Shown: positions 35,883 through 45,980 of the stretch, piece by piece
How positions within the stretch are numbered: position 1 is the first letter of the stretch
Layout of the letters: every line of letters begins with the position of its first letter
Origin: Cenarchaeum sp.
GTDB taxonomy: Archaea; Thermoproteota; Nitrososphaeria; Nitrososphaerales; Nitrosopumilaceae
DNA: 64,000 nt
Reading direction: 5' to 3'
NCBI GenBank assembly: GCA_965206845.1
Contig: OZ242221.1
Span: 544,001-608,000, forward strand
Notes under the pieces: model-generated
The model's input: the letters and a program-made list of their open reading frames with translations, nothing else
Told to the model about the DNA's origin: nothing
Databases searched by the model: none
Translations under genes and position numbers: made by a program

Positions 35883-37610
35883 CTACCAGTACTTTACCTT
35901 GATCTTCTCAATGACCCGTTCGTGTTCTTGGCCGTGGCGGCGCGCGTACCTTTCCATGGCACCCAACGGGACACCTCCCAGGGATCTGGCAAGGAAGTTG
36001 AAGAAGACCTTTTGGGGCGAGCCGTGGCCGCCGGTCTTGGTCATGAACTTTTGAATCCCGTACTTGAAGTTGTGCTGCCATGTCTTGTACATGACACCCA
36101 GCTGTGCGGGGCTCATCTCGTTTCCAATGTTGAAGAACTGGGACTTTTCCAGCAGTCCGATGGGAACAAACGTGAGTGGGGTCGTGGTAAACATAGAGTC
36201 GGGCTGCTCCCTCTCAAGCTCGCTGATTATCCGCACCGTATCCCACGAGTCCTCCGGGGTCTCGTCATTGTCAAGGCCCATAATCAGCGTAAATGCCGGA
36301 ATCCAGTGGTACTCGTTGAGTGACTTTACGCCCTCCTTTACCACCCAGTGCCACTCCTCTGGAGCGTACGGCGCCAGCTTTCTGTCGGCATATTTCTCGA
36401 TCAGCCTGAGGCTTCCTGTTTCAAACCCGCACTGAATCCCGGTCATGTTTCCCGGGCCGGACCTTATGATCTTGGACAGTTTTGGTATGAGCTTCTCGTC
36501 GGCAATGGCTCCTGCCAAGGTACCGTGGGTCGGGTTTGTGTGTGGAACCCCGGTGGACATTATGGTCGTGAAGAGATCCACCAGCGCCTCCCGGTTGGGC
36601 TCCATTCCCTTGCTGGTGCGGGGATCCAGACCATAGACAAAGATATCGTCGCTGTGCACCCAGGCAGACTTTGCACCGCCCTTTTTGAGGTTGACCTCGA
36701 TCTCCCTTTTGACCTTCTCTGGCGGGTAGTACCGCAGGGCGCGCAGGGTCACGTCACAGAACTTGCAGCCACGGCCGCAGCCACGCATGACTTCTATCAT
36801 GCCGTGCATGCTAGGCTCCACGATATCTGGAATCTCTTCTATGTCCGGCTTGTCCCAAAAGTTTACAAATCGTCCGTGCAGTTTTTCGCCGTCACGCTCA
36901 AACTCCTTTATGTTTACCTTAAAGTTGCTCCTCTTTCTGAACGGATCCATGTTATCAAAGTCACCGTTTATCAGATAGCGGAAGAACCGCCCCGCGTGGC
37001 CGTCGATCTCTGGCGCAATGCCGCCCAGCTCGCCCTCCAGTATGGCATAAATCCCGTATTCTTGAATCTTTGCGGGATCATAGTTGTACTGCCAGGTGCC
37101 TGACGCACCGGCGATCACCTTGGCATGGCTGCCGGACTTTTCCTTTGCCGCGTTAATTCTCATGTGGAGCTCGCGGTTGTAAAACTCGTCGTAGGAGATC
37201 TGCTTGCGCCCGTACGTAAATGTCATGGTAACCGGCCCCATTCCCAAGGGATCCATCTCGTATGTTCCCACCACCTCGGTCTCCGGGCCGATGAACTGCT
37301 CGATGTGATCCGGATGCGCCACTACGACGTCCTCACGCCTAAAGCCGTCACGCAGCAGTCCTGCCTCCACCTTTCGCAGGCCGTACGGGGCATAGTTTGC
37401 AACCCCGTTGGTGTGGGGGATATAGTTACAGATAAAGTCAAACAGCACTTTGGGGGTCACCTGGTTCTTGAGCACCTTGTACCAGAAGCTTCGCTTGTCC
37501 CTGTGGGGGTCAAGTGCTGGTGCACACCCAAAGAATGTGGCAAGGGAGATGTTCCTGTACGGGGACATGAGGGTTCGATCTGCTGTGAGTACTATTTTTG
37601 GGTGTCCCAT
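35883..37610 (-). CDS. Radical SAM protein (archaeal B12-binding-like/radical SAM family)
   Basis: CGRGCKFC motif. N-terminal IVLTADRTLMS and APYGLRKVEA. Confidence 0.9.
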   Translation of the reverse strand: MGHPKIVLTADRTLMSPYRNISLATFFGCAPALDPHRDKRSFWYKVLKNQVTPKVLFDFICNYIPHTNGVANYAPYGLRKVEAGLLRDGFRREDVVVAHPDHIEQFIGPETEVVGTYEMDPLGMGPVTMTFTYGRKQISYDEFYNRELHMRINAAKEKSGSHAKVIAGASGTWQYNYDPAKIQEYGIYAILEGELGGIAPEIDGHAGRFFRYLINGDFDNMDPFRKRSNFKVNIKEFERDGEKLHGRFVNFWDKPDIEEIPDIVEPSMHGMIEVMRGCGRGCKFCDVTLRALRYYPPEKVKREIEVNLKKGGAKSAWVHSDDIFVYGLDPRTSKGMEPNREALVDLFTTIMSTGVPHTNPTHGTLAGAIADEKLIPKLSKIIRSGPGNMTGIQCGFETGSLRLIEKYADRKLAPYAPEEWHWVVKEGVKSLNEYHWIPAFTLIMGLDNDETPEDSWDTVRIISELEREQPDSMFTTTPLTFVPIGLLEKSQFFNIGNEMSPAQLGVMYKTWQHNFKYGIQKFMTKTGGHGSPQKVFFNFLARSLGGVPLGAMERYARRHGQEHERVIEKIKVKYW

Positions 37611-37984
37611 GTTTGTTATCGCTTTGATCTCTTAATTATTTATTTTAAACCTTCTGTATTGGGCCCGCTTGCATGGCCTGCCATCGCACAACTGGAGGCT
37701 GAAGATGCGTCTCTTTGACCGCCTTATGCAGCCACGGCCCCGATCTGCTGCCTGGATCCCGCCAAACCGTACAGGGTCGTCCCCGAGAACCTGTTCCGGG
37801 CCACATTTCACATACTTTTGGCCGCCTGTGGGCGTACCCATGTGGTGCCATGAGCCACACCGGAAGATCGCAAGCCGTTCTTGGGTGGACGGTATGCCTG
37901 CCTCGACGCGGCCCGGGGACAGATGTGTACAGCCAAATGGGCAAACATAACAGTTAACTAACCAGCACCACGCTGGTGTGCCAT

Positions 37985-38086
37985 ATGCCTGCAAGAAAGA
38001 ATGGAAAACACCAGCGACGGGCAGATCAAAAGGCCAAGCGGAGGACGGATAAGAAATCGAAGGGGCATCAGACCCGGGCGCGTTAA
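37985..38086 (+). CDS. Small highly basic 33-aa protein MPARKNGKHQRRADQKAKRRTDKKSKGHQTRAR
   Basis: 14/33 residues are K or R. TATA-like TTAACTAA at 37954-37961, about -30 to -24 from the ATG. Not in the ORF track. Confidence 0.65.
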   Translation: MPARKNGKHQRRADQKAKRRTDKKSKGHQTRAR

Positions 38087-38124
38087 ATTAACACTTTTAC
38101 ATCAACAATACATGGAGAATTCTA

Positions 38125-38832
38125 ATGAATCCGCTGGTTAGGATCGAGCAGGCGCGTCAGGACGGCCGCATACCGCCGGATGCCTACAAGCTGATAGTAG
38201 ACAGGGCCCACATCATGTACAGCGGAATAGATCGCATAGAGAGGGCATCCGGGATCAGCTTTCCTGTGTCGTATGTGGAGCCGTCCATTCTGGTAACGCC
38301 CCCCGATGCAGGATCCTTCCAGTTTGGCGTGCTGTACGCCAGAACCATCCCCCTGATACTGGATGAAAAGCTCCAGGTGGTAATCCAGGTGTGTGCTCCA
38401 TTGGTTTCATACGGGCTCAGGGGCACGATACACGCGGTTCTGGCACACGAGTTCCTGCATTATCTGGAGCTGCTCAGCAGGATATCAAAGATGAGGTTGC
38501 TCTCAGACGAGATCACCGGGAATGTGTTTGAGAGTGTGTACGCCGACGAGACGCGGCTCTTTGAGCCTGGAGCGGTCTTTACGGACAGGACGCTTCTCCG
38601 CCACATCACCAAAAAATTTCCATCTGGCTTTCGGGACTACAGGCTAGAGGACAAGGTGATGGAGCACTGGATCGAGCGCGGGCTTCCGCAGTCAGGCATT
38701 GCACTGGACAGAAATTTTGCCCGGATCTCTGTCAAAACGCTGTCGGCGGTCAGCCTTGATCCCAAATTTCTGGCGCGCCTAAACGAGATAGAACGCAAAA
38801 GCGAGGCCGTCAGAAAGCGGATGCGCTACTAA
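38125..38832 (+). CDS. Hypothetical protein with an HExxH zincin motif
   Basis: Motif AVLAHEFLHY. Confidence 0.75.
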   Translation: MNPLVRIEQARQDGRIPPDAYKLIVDRAHIMYSGIDRIERASGISFPVSYVEPSILVTPPDAGSFQFGVLYARTIPLILDEKLQVVIQVCAPLVSYGLRGTIHAVLAHEFLHYLELLSRISKMRLLSDEITGNVFESVYADETRLFEPGAVFTDRTLLRHITKKFPSGFRDYRLEDKVMEHWIERGLPQSGIALDRNFARISVKTLSAVSLDPKFLARLNEIERKSEAVRKRMRY

Positions 38833-38999
38833 ATAAACTCGGTCAGGTTGCACTTGCCACAGTGGTGCCTGTCCTTGTGGTTTGACATGAATGTGCCATG
38901 GCCGCACCGTGAGCAGATCTTTCTCACCCTGGAGGCCTTGTTGCCGTCTATGCTGTAGTATGTCTGGATCTTGGGACTGGAGCCCTTTCTTCCTGCCAT
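38829..38999 (-). CDS. rps27ae: 30S ribosomal protein eS31 (S27ae)
   Basis: Sequence MAGRKGSSPKIQTYYSIDGNKASRVRKICSRCGHGTFMSNHKDRHHCGKCNLTEFI. Coupled to rps24e. Confidence 0.95.
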   Translation of the reverse strand: MAGRKGSSPKIQTYYSIDGNKASRVRKICSRCGHGTFMSNHKDRHHCGKCNLTEFI

Positions 39000-39307
39000 T
39001 ACTCCGATGCCCCCTCCGCCGCTTTTCTTGCCTTGTCAAACCGTGTCATGATGCTGGGATTGATGTGCTTCCTTGCCAGATCCTCGTCGTCATACACGTA
39101 GAATGTGCCCTTTACGTCGGTTCTTCCAACCTGGTTCTTCAGCAGAATGGGAATGACCAGCTTGCCACCAAGGCCAAGCTCCTCTGTTACCATCTCTGTC
39201 GCCTTCATCTTGCCCAGCCTTCCGCTCATATTGGCAAAGCTGCACACGATCTCCCTCCTGGAGAGAAAAGGGTTGCTCACGTCGCTCTCGGCTCTTACCA
39301 CAGACAT
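38999..39307 (-). CDS. rps24e: 30S ribosomal protein eS24
   Basis: Motif NPFLSRREI...YVYDDE. Upstream of rps27ae. Confidence 0.9.
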   Translation of the reverse strand: MSVVRAESDVSNPFLSRREIVCSFANMSGRLGKMKATEMVTEELGLGGKLVIPILLKNQVGRTDVKGTFYVYDDEDLARKHINPSIMTRFDKARKAAEGASE

Positions 39308-39444
39308 TTATCCGAATCAACTGCCAAGTTCTTATAAATCTTGATTGAAAGGTCCGGTGGCAGGACAGGGAGAAGACACCCATCACATGGAAGAACCTTG
39401 GCGCGTTTGGCAAGAAATTTATGAAATCAAGTCCAGCGAGTGCT

Positions 39445-40005
39445 GTGGATCGGTTTATGCTGCACTTGGAGAACCAGGGCTTTGAGCCGCAGGACGCGCA
39501 GCATCTGCTTCGGCGGGCCAGGGATCTCTGCTCCGACATGGATGCAACGCTACGGGATGTCCGGGTCTCCAGCAGATATCTCGAGTACGATGTCTCGATA
39601 GCAAAGGAACGGATGGATGAGCTGGTGGCCAGGCTAGGACCCGTGGGGCCGATCAGCCGCTCCAAGCACCTGGTGGAGGAGGAGATAGAGAAGGAGCAGG
39701 CAGTCAGGGACGGCATATCGTGCTTTAACGACGAACGGTTCTGGGAGGCCCACGAGATGCTGGAGGGCGTATGGAAGCGATCCCTTGAGGGCGAGCGGGA
39801 TCTGGTGCAGGGGATAATTCTTGTGGCTGCCGCCTTTGTGCACTACCAGAAGAACGAGAACCGCATCTGCATGTCGATTATGGGCAGGGCGCTGGCAAAG
39901 CTGTCAAGCTCCAGCGGCACTTATCGAGGAATTGACGTGGACAGGCTGAGAAGCAGGGTTGCAGCAATCAGGAACTCGGGAGCAATCTCTACGTTTGCGA
40001 TCTGA
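39445..40005 (+). CDS. DUF309 domain protein
   Basis: Motif FNDERFWEAHEMLEGVWK...QGIILVAAAFVH. Confidence 0.9.
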   Translation: MDRFMLHLENQGFEPQDAQHLLRRARDLCSDMDATLRDVRVSSRYLEYDVSIAKERMDELVARLGPVGPISRSKHLVEEEIEKEQAVRDGISCFNDERFWEAHEMLEGVWKRSLEGERDLVQGIILVAAAFVHYQKNENRICMSIMGRALAKLSSSSGTYRGIDVDRLRSRVAAIRNSGAISTFAI

Positions 40006-41248
40006 TGAGGTTCAGGGCTGTCTTTACCACCTCTGCGCCCATGATTAGGCCTATGCCCCCTGTTGCCGCGTCCTTCTCCGTAACGCGCTCTGTTGCGTCG
40101 CTTTTTATCGAGTCTCCAGACACCAGCACCGGCACGGGATCGTCGCTATGGCCCTTCATGATGCAGGGCGTGCTGTGATCCGCAGATATCACCACCGTAA
40201 CCCTGGCCGGATCTATGTTCTTCAGCAGGGTGCCAAAGAACCGCCCGTCTATCTCCTCGATGTTTCTTGTCTTGCCGGTGGCGTCGCCGTCGTGTCCGAA
40301 CTCGTCGGGGCCCTTCAGGTGTACGTATATTGCGTTCTGCTCGTCCATTGACTTGGCTGCGACCAGAGCCTTCTCCTCATAGTCAGTTAGGCCTCCGGCC
40401 TCAAAGGACTTCATCTTCAGGACTCTGGATATTCCCTGCTCCACCGGCATATCCACTATACACGAGAACTTCATCGAGTACTTTTCGTTGATGGGCTCCA
40501 CCACGGGATACGCGCTACCGGCATCGCGAAGCAGTATGCTACTCAATGGCTTTTTGTCCTGCTGGGATCTCCGACGGTTCACCCCACTCCCTGCCATAAT
40601 CCTCATAGACTGCTCGGTGAACTCGTTTACCAGATCTGATGCCAGCACCGCTCCGGGATCGTCTCCCAGAGGCAGGCACCTGTCTATTCTCAAAAAGTCA
40701 CCTACCGCCTTTGCAATTCCCATCCCCTCCAGCCTGGCGTACGCAGGATCAGTGTTGGTAATGTCAGACGAGAGCCTTCTGTCTGCCCTTATCCTTACGG
40801 TGAGCCTGTGGCCTATGGTGGGCGCAACCACCACCGAGGTATCGGGGTGCGAGAACCTTACACCGCGCTCGATCTCCGCCGCTATCTCTGCTGCGTCTCT
40901 TCGCTCGATGTGCCTCCCTGCGCGCCGGTCTGTGATCACCCCGTTGCTCATTGTTGCAAAGTTCCCCCTGAGCGCCAGATCGCCGTCCCTGAAATCGATG
41001 CCGATTCCCACCGCCTCGATCACTCCGCGGCCAGCATAGTCTACATGCTGAAACCTGTATCCAAGCATGTTGAATACGGCAATGTCGGATTCGGGGGCTA
41101 TTCCCTTCCCGACAGATATCACCTGGCCCATGGCACCGTTTCTTGCAAGCCGATCCATGTTGGGCGTCTTGGCAGCCTCCAGTGGTGTCATGCCCTGCAG
41201 GTCAGGGTGCGGCAGATCCCCCACGCCGTCAAGTAGAACGTATACCAT
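39989..41248 (-). CDS. apgM: Cofactor-independent phosphoglycerate mutase (archaeal)
   Basis: Motifs: LDGVGD, TPLEAA.TPNMD, APESD, HLKGPDEFGHDG and ADHSTP. Confidence 0.93.
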   Translation of the reverse strand: MVYVLLDGVGDLPHPDLQGMTPLEAAKTPNMDRLARNGAMGQVISVGKGIAPESDIAVFNMLGYRFQHVDYAGRGVIEAVGIGIDFRDGDLALRGNFATMSNGVITDRRAGRHIERRDAAEIAAEIERGVRFSHPDTSVVVAPTIGHRLTVRIRADRRLSSDITNTDPAYARLEGMGIAKAVGDFLRIDRCLPLGDDPGAVLASDLVNEFTEQSMRIMAGSGVNRRRSQQDKKPLSSILLRDAGSAYPVVEPINEKYSMKFSCIVDMPVEQGISRVLKMKSFEAGGLTDYEEKALVAAKSMDEQNAIYVHLKGPDEFGHDGDATGKTRNIEEIDGRFFGTLLKNIDPARVTVVISADHSTPCIMKGHSDDPVPVLVSGDSIKSDATERVTEKDAATGGIGLIMGAEVVKTALNLIRSQT

Positions 41249-41532
41249 ATGGACATCTGGCTCTGTAATGACGATCTCCCCTCATGCTCGCGACCCGTCA
41301 CAGACGTTTTAAAGGTATCATTATTTGCAGGGCGCGGAGCTGCACCACTCGTCTGGGCACGGACATAATTCCCGGTGTCCGGCCAGATGCGGCATGAGGC
41401 CAGATCCATCCGTGCCTAGGTACGAGCACACGCACCCTGAAGGATGCCTACGCCTGGCTCGATGCGACAGGCGACCCTCCGTACCCGGCACACCATGAAA
41501 AGATTTTATCGTGTAAGGTGTGTTGGTGTACA

Positions 41533-42546
41533 ATGGGAGATATGCGAAAGGACTACCTTGATGAGCGCTTTACGATCGTCTCAAAAAAGGACGTAACCGC
41601 CAGCGGAAAAAGGAACCCGTACAGGCCGGGCAACGAGAAGATGACCAAACCTTCCGTGCTCTCGCTGGTAGCCCAGAACGGAATCCTGCAGAGACTCCAG
41701 GATACTGACGAGGAGTCGGTCAAGGGGTGGGCAATTCGCGTATTTGAGGAGGATGACCCCGTGGTATCCACCAGCACGGAGGACACGTACAGTGAGAGGC
41801 CACACTACAGCGAGCCCGCTTATGGCTACCACTATATCGTGGTGGCATCACCAGAGCAAGACGAGAGCCTTGCGTTCATGGACTCGGATCAGTGGTCAAA
41901 CATACTCATGGTGGTTCAGGACAGGCTACGGTGGCTCTACACCCAGAAGCGCGTCACATACGTGGCAGTACATGCAAGCTATGGCGACACTGCGGGAAGC
42001 AGCAACAGGATTCCCCACATGCACCTGATCACGCTGCCCACAATTCCGCCGGTAATCGCAGCGGAGGCAAAGATGACATCCAAGATATTAAACGAGAAGG
42101 GGGCGTGCCCGATCTGCCAGATTATAGATATCGAGAGGAACGGACCACGGATGATCCTCAAGACAGGAGGGTTTGTTGCGTTCTGTCCGTGGTCGCCAAG
42201 ATACCCCTACGAGTTCTGGATTGTGCCGGAGAAGCACACCACCAGCTTTGCAAAGATCACGCAGAAGGACCTGAACGGCCTGGCAACCATCCTCAGGGCA
42301 ACGCTGGGCGGACTGTCCAGATCAATTGATAACGTCGCGTACAGCATGGCGTTTCACCTCTCGCCGGAGACCAAAAATACCAAGCAGATACACTGGCATG
42401 TGGAGGTCTACCCGCTCACCGAGGCGTGGTCCGGACTTGAGCGCGGCTACGGCATATTTGTAAACAGCAAGTCTCCAGAGGATGCTGCCAGGGAGCTGGG
42501 AATCTCGTGCAGAAAGGAGCTTGCCGGCATGATGGGCGTCACATAG
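41533..42546 (+). CDS. galT: Galactose-1-phosphate uridylyltransferase (GalT/HIT-like)
   Basis: Motifs: MRKDYL, AYGYHYIVV, CPICQII and PYEFWIVP...HWHVEVYP. The catalytic HxHxQ motif is divergent (IPHMH). Confidence 0.8.
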   Translation: MGDMRKDYLDERFTIVSKKDVTASGKRNPYRPGNEKMTKPSVLSLVAQNGILQRLQDTDEESVKGWAIRVFEEDDPVVSTSTEDTYSERPHYSEPAYGYHYIVVASPEQDESLAFMDSDQWSNILMVVQDRLRWLYTQKRVTYVAVHASYGDTAGSSNRIPHMHLITLPTIPPVIAAEAKMTSKILNEKGACPICQIIDIERNGPRMILKTGGFVAFCPWSPRYPYEFWIVPEKHTTSFAKITQKDLNGLATILRATLGGLSRSIDNVAYSMAFHLSPETKNTKQIHWHVEVYPLTEAWSGLERGYGIFVNSKSPEDAARELGISCRKELAGMMGVT

Positions 42547-42796
42547 GTGTGTGCCGGGTCGGGCGTGCGTGAAGGCTCCAGGCTTGGATGGCGCTCGGAG
42601 TCACATCTAGGCGCCGTCCTGCGGTGGCTCCCCGTGAGGCCTGTAGGACCGCGCAGAGTCTGGCCTCCGGGCCGGATCCGAATGTCGGCACGGCGTTCCG
42701 GTTAGGGGCAGGACGGCTGTGGAGGAGCCCTGTGGCCATGGCAGACAGAACCCCGATGTGCATGATTTATTTATCAATGCGGGTAGATCGAACTGT

Positions 42797-43219
42797 ATGG
42801 CTGTGGAGAAGTACATTGCCGCGGCGGGTCTGGGTCTGTTTGCAATGTTTGTAGGGGAGATCACGACCCTGTACAGCTTTTTAATCGACTCCGTACGGGA
42901 GGTGGAGCCGGCCCCCAAGATACTTCAGTTCATCTCCATCGGGGTTGCGCCTGCGGTCATAATGACCGGTGTCTCGTTTATAATGTCCAGAAGGTACGGC
43001 TCAAGGCCCATAGCATACATGATCATCGCCGGGGGCGCAATCCTGCTTGTGGGCATGGCATACGCATACACCCTACTTGACAGAATTGATCCCCAGTACA
43101 TGGACGAGACGGTGGCCCTGGTTCCGCCGCTTTTCATGGCAGTGTCGATTCCCGTCATTGCCGTCGGGACGATGCTGTTGCGGTTCAGGGAGCGGCGGCC
43201 AAAAAAAGAGTACGTTTAG
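42797..43219 (+). CDS. Four-TM hypothetical membrane protein
   Basis: Four hydrophobic segments. ATG 42797 follows TTTATTTA. Confidence 0.8.
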   Translation: MAVEKYIAAAGLGLFAMFVGEITTLYSFLIDSVREVEPAPKILQFISIGVAPAVIMTGVSFIMSRRYGSRPIAYMIIAGGAILLVGMAYAYTLLDRIDPQYMDETVALVPPLFMAVSIPVIAVGTMLLRFRERRPKKEYV

Positions 43220-43659
43220 TGGTCGAATCTCATGCCACTGTCGTGGTGCCGAAATCCCAAATTCTGGTAGAATTCCTTTACCGCATCGGTGCACTGCAGG
43301 ACGGTCTTGTAGCACCCGGCCCGGACTGCGTGGTCCAGGCATACGCGAATGAGGCTCGCACCGATGCCTGAACCCCGCATATCATCCAACACGGCCACAT
43401 CCTCTATGTGGCCCGCCCGTCCGCCATTGTGTATGAACTTCTGTTCTATGAGTAGGGTGGCAGCCCCGACCACCTTGCCGTCAAGCTCTGCCACCAGCAC
43501 CACGTGATCTGGGTTTGAGCATATCCGGTGAAACACGTCCCGGGCCTCTGACTCGGCCATGCTGCTGGCTTCCCTCAGCGAGTCCAACGACAGCAGAAAG
43601 CCGTTGAAGATGTCTTCTTCCTGCAGCCTTCTGATCCTGAGCCCGGGAACGCCGCCCAT
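43216..43659 (-). CDS. GNAT acetyltransferase, glucosamine-6-phosphate N-acetyltransferase (GNA1)-like
   Basis: Motif LLIEQKFIHNGGRAGHIEDVAV...GCYKTVLQC. Confidence 0.9.
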   Translation of the reverse strand: MGGVPGLRIRRLQEEDIFNGFLLSLDSLREASSMAESEARDVFHRICSNPDHVVLVAELDGKVVGAATLLIEQKFIHNGGRAGHIEDVAVLDDMRGSGIGASLIRVCLDHAVRAGCYKTVLQCTDAVKEFYQNLGFRHHDSGMRFDH

Positions 43660-44372
43660 CAGATCTTTCCCAGCCTGTCAAGAAACTTCTGGTTTGCTTT
43701 CTGGTACGACGTCTTGTCGCCTATGTCAATAAAGCCATCCTTGATGAGAAAACTGCCGACTGGTTTGCCGTCGGATATGGCATTCTTTACAACGCTGTCC
43801 ATTCCGTATGGCACGTTCTCCGGGATGTACCGGAACACCTCTGGTTCCATGACGTAGCAGCCCATGTTGATGTCTGCGCTGATCTCCGGCTTTTCGTTCC
43901 AGCTGGTAACCCTTCCCCCATCTGCCGTATCTATGACCCCGTAGCGTATCCGGGATTTGTACAGGTACGTGCCGATGGTAATCAGCGACCGGCTCTTCTC
44001 GTGGAGCCCGATCATGTCCCGCAGGCCAAAGTCAAAGATCGAGTCGCCATACATGCAGACAAAGGTGCCATCGATGAGATCCTGGGCCGTCTTGAGCTGG
44101 CCAGCCGTGGCCAGCGGGCGGTTGGCTGTAGCATACTGCACCCGGACACCAAAGCGGCTCCCGTCCTCAAAGTAGTCCTCGATGGTCCTTTTGAGGTAGC
44201 TTACGCAGAGGACTATGTCGCTGATGCCGTTGCTGCTGACCCACTCGATCAGGTGTTCCAGCAGCGGCTTCTCCCCCAGCGGAAGCATGGGCTTTGGCAG
44301 GAACGTCGTGTACGGCTGGAGCCGCGTCCCAAGCCCACCGGCCAGAATTACCGCCTTCATAAGCCCTGTCAC
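43659..44372 (-). CDS. Sugar-phosphate nucleotidyltransferase
   Basis: Motif AVILAGGLGTRLQPYT..LPKPMLP. Confidence 0.93.
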   Translation of the reverse strand: MTGLMKAVILAGGLGTRLQPYTTFLPKPMLPLGEKPLLEHLIEWVSSNGISDIVLCVSYLKRTIEDYFEDGSRFGVRVQYATANRPLATAGQLKTAQDLIDGTFVCMYGDSIFDFGLRDMIGLHEKSRSLITIGTYLYKSRIRYGVIDTADGGRVTSWNEKPEISADINMGCYVMEPEVFRYIPENVPYGMDSVVKNAISDGKPVGSFLIKDGFIDIGDKTSYQKANQKFLDRLGKI

Positions 44373-44687
44373 GTTTTAGTCAGTATTTAATATTCAGGCG
44401 CAGGGCCGCATCGAGAACAGGACAGGTAGCTGAAGGGCATTCTGGCGCCATGCCGCCCGCGGCTCACGTCGCTACCACCTGGCGCGTACGGCGATACCCC
44501 GCATGCGGGCATAGGGATCCTGGAAGATCTTCCCTGCATGCACGGTTCACTCTGTCCCAGTACCGCCAGGCGTGTTTGTCCAAAGGTGAAGGGGTGGCAG
44601 GAAAGGAATGGGAATCATGCAGTGAACGGTGCCAAAAACGGCAAACTGGGTTGTCTGCTGCATATCACGATAGCTTGCACAGGCCGG

Positions 44688-45980
44688 TTATAGAAGAAGC
44701 CCCACCTTCCGGACTATGTCGCCGGGTCCTTCCCCAAATACCATGATCATGGGCTCCTTTCCAGGGCCGCCCTCGTGGAATATGGCGTCGGGAGCCGACG
44801 CGGCACCGTCAAGGGCAGTCCGGATCCCCCAGGATACCGAGCCGCCTTCCTTGCGCCTGACATCGTCCGGCTCCCCCCGCCTGTCGTATGACAGCACGGT
44901 CATGCCGTTCTCCTGCATCCTTTTTAGCACGTCCTGCCCGAGCCGGATGTTGAGGGCCGAGCGCACATGGGGAAACTTTTTGTTCATCTGCAGTATGGCA
45001 GACGCCACATGTCTCGAGCCGCCAAAGACGAGCGGACCCGCGACTATCGCGCCCCTGCCGGATCTCACAATGCGTCCCTGCACCGCAAGCACGTCCTGCC
45101 TGGATCTCGGCCGGGTTCGGGAGTAGCCAAAGTTCATCTGCACCTCCGGAATCAGTCTGTGGATGTTTTCCATCCCGACCAAGCGCCGCACCGCGTCTTG
45201 CATCTCTGACTCCATTCCGGACGTGGACGCCCCTGCAACGGCAATGCCGCCTCCGATTCTACGGGACTGCCTTATCGAGTCTGCAGCGTACCGCTTTGCA
45301 AGCCTTGCCGCCTCGTCGATCCCCAAGCCTGTTGATATGGATGCGGCCAGGGCGGCCGAGTAGACGCACCCGCTCCCGTGCACTTGCCTGCCTATCCGCC
45401 TTGCGGATATGGAGTAGACCCCCGACTCGGTGCAGACGCAGTCACTGACGCTGCCTCCCGACTCCAGCCCGGTAATGATCACGTTTCTTGCACCCATGTC
45501 ACGCAGCCTTTGTGCAGCCTTCGGCGCGTCGCCTGCGGCTCTGACGCGCACGCCTGTCAGCGCCTCGGCCTCTGCCGCATTTGGCGTTACCGCAAACGCC
45601 AGGGGGAGCAGGCTCAGGTAGTCCGGCACCGCCTCCTTCTGCAGCAGGGTGCCGCCGGTGGTGGACTCGATCACGGGATCCAGAACCATGGGCGCCGTGA
45701 CGCCTGCCAGTCCCGAGCGCACGGCCCCGATGACTTTGGAGCTGTATACCATGCCGATCTTTATCGCGTCGACTCTGAAATCCCCCAGCACGGAGTCCAT
45801 CTGGCTCCTGACGAGCCCCGGCGAGACCGGCTCTGCGCCTGCAAACCCCGAAGAGTTCTGGCTGGTAACCGCCGTAACCACAGAGAACCCGTTGTGCCCC
45901 AGCGCCGCAAACGTGCGCAGGTCTCCCTGAATGCCTGCGCCAGACGAGGGATCGGAGCCCGCTATGCTCAACACATTCAT
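44688..45980 (-). CDS. thiD: Bifunctional HMP/HMP-P kinase - thiamine phosphate synthase (ThiD-ThiN fusion)
   Basis: MNVLSIAGSDPSSGAGIQGD and HGSGC, followed by a ThiN domain (LIPEVQMN...FGGSRHVA...GKEPMI). Confidence 0.93.
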   Translation of the reverse strand: MNVLSIAGSDPSSGAGIQGDLRTFAALGHNGFSVVTAVTSQNSSGFAGAEPVSPGLVRSQMDSVLGDFRVDAIKIGMVYSSKVIGAVRSGLAGVTAPMVLDPVIESTTGGTLLQKEAVPDYLSLLPLAFAVTPNAAEAEALTGVRVRAAGDAPKAAQRLRDMGARNVIITGLESGGSVSDCVCTESGVYSISARRIGRQVHGSGCVYSAALAASISTGLGIDEAARLAKRYAADSIRQSRRIGGGIAVAGASTSGMESEMQDAVRRLVGMENIHRLIPEVQMNFGYSRTRPRSRQDVLAVQGRIVRSGRGAIVAGPLVFGGSRHVASAILQMNKKFPHVRSALNIRLGQDVLKRMQENGMTVLSYDRRGEPDDVRRKEGGSVSWGIRTALDGAASAPDAIFHEGGPGKEPMIMVFGEGPGDIVRKVGLLL

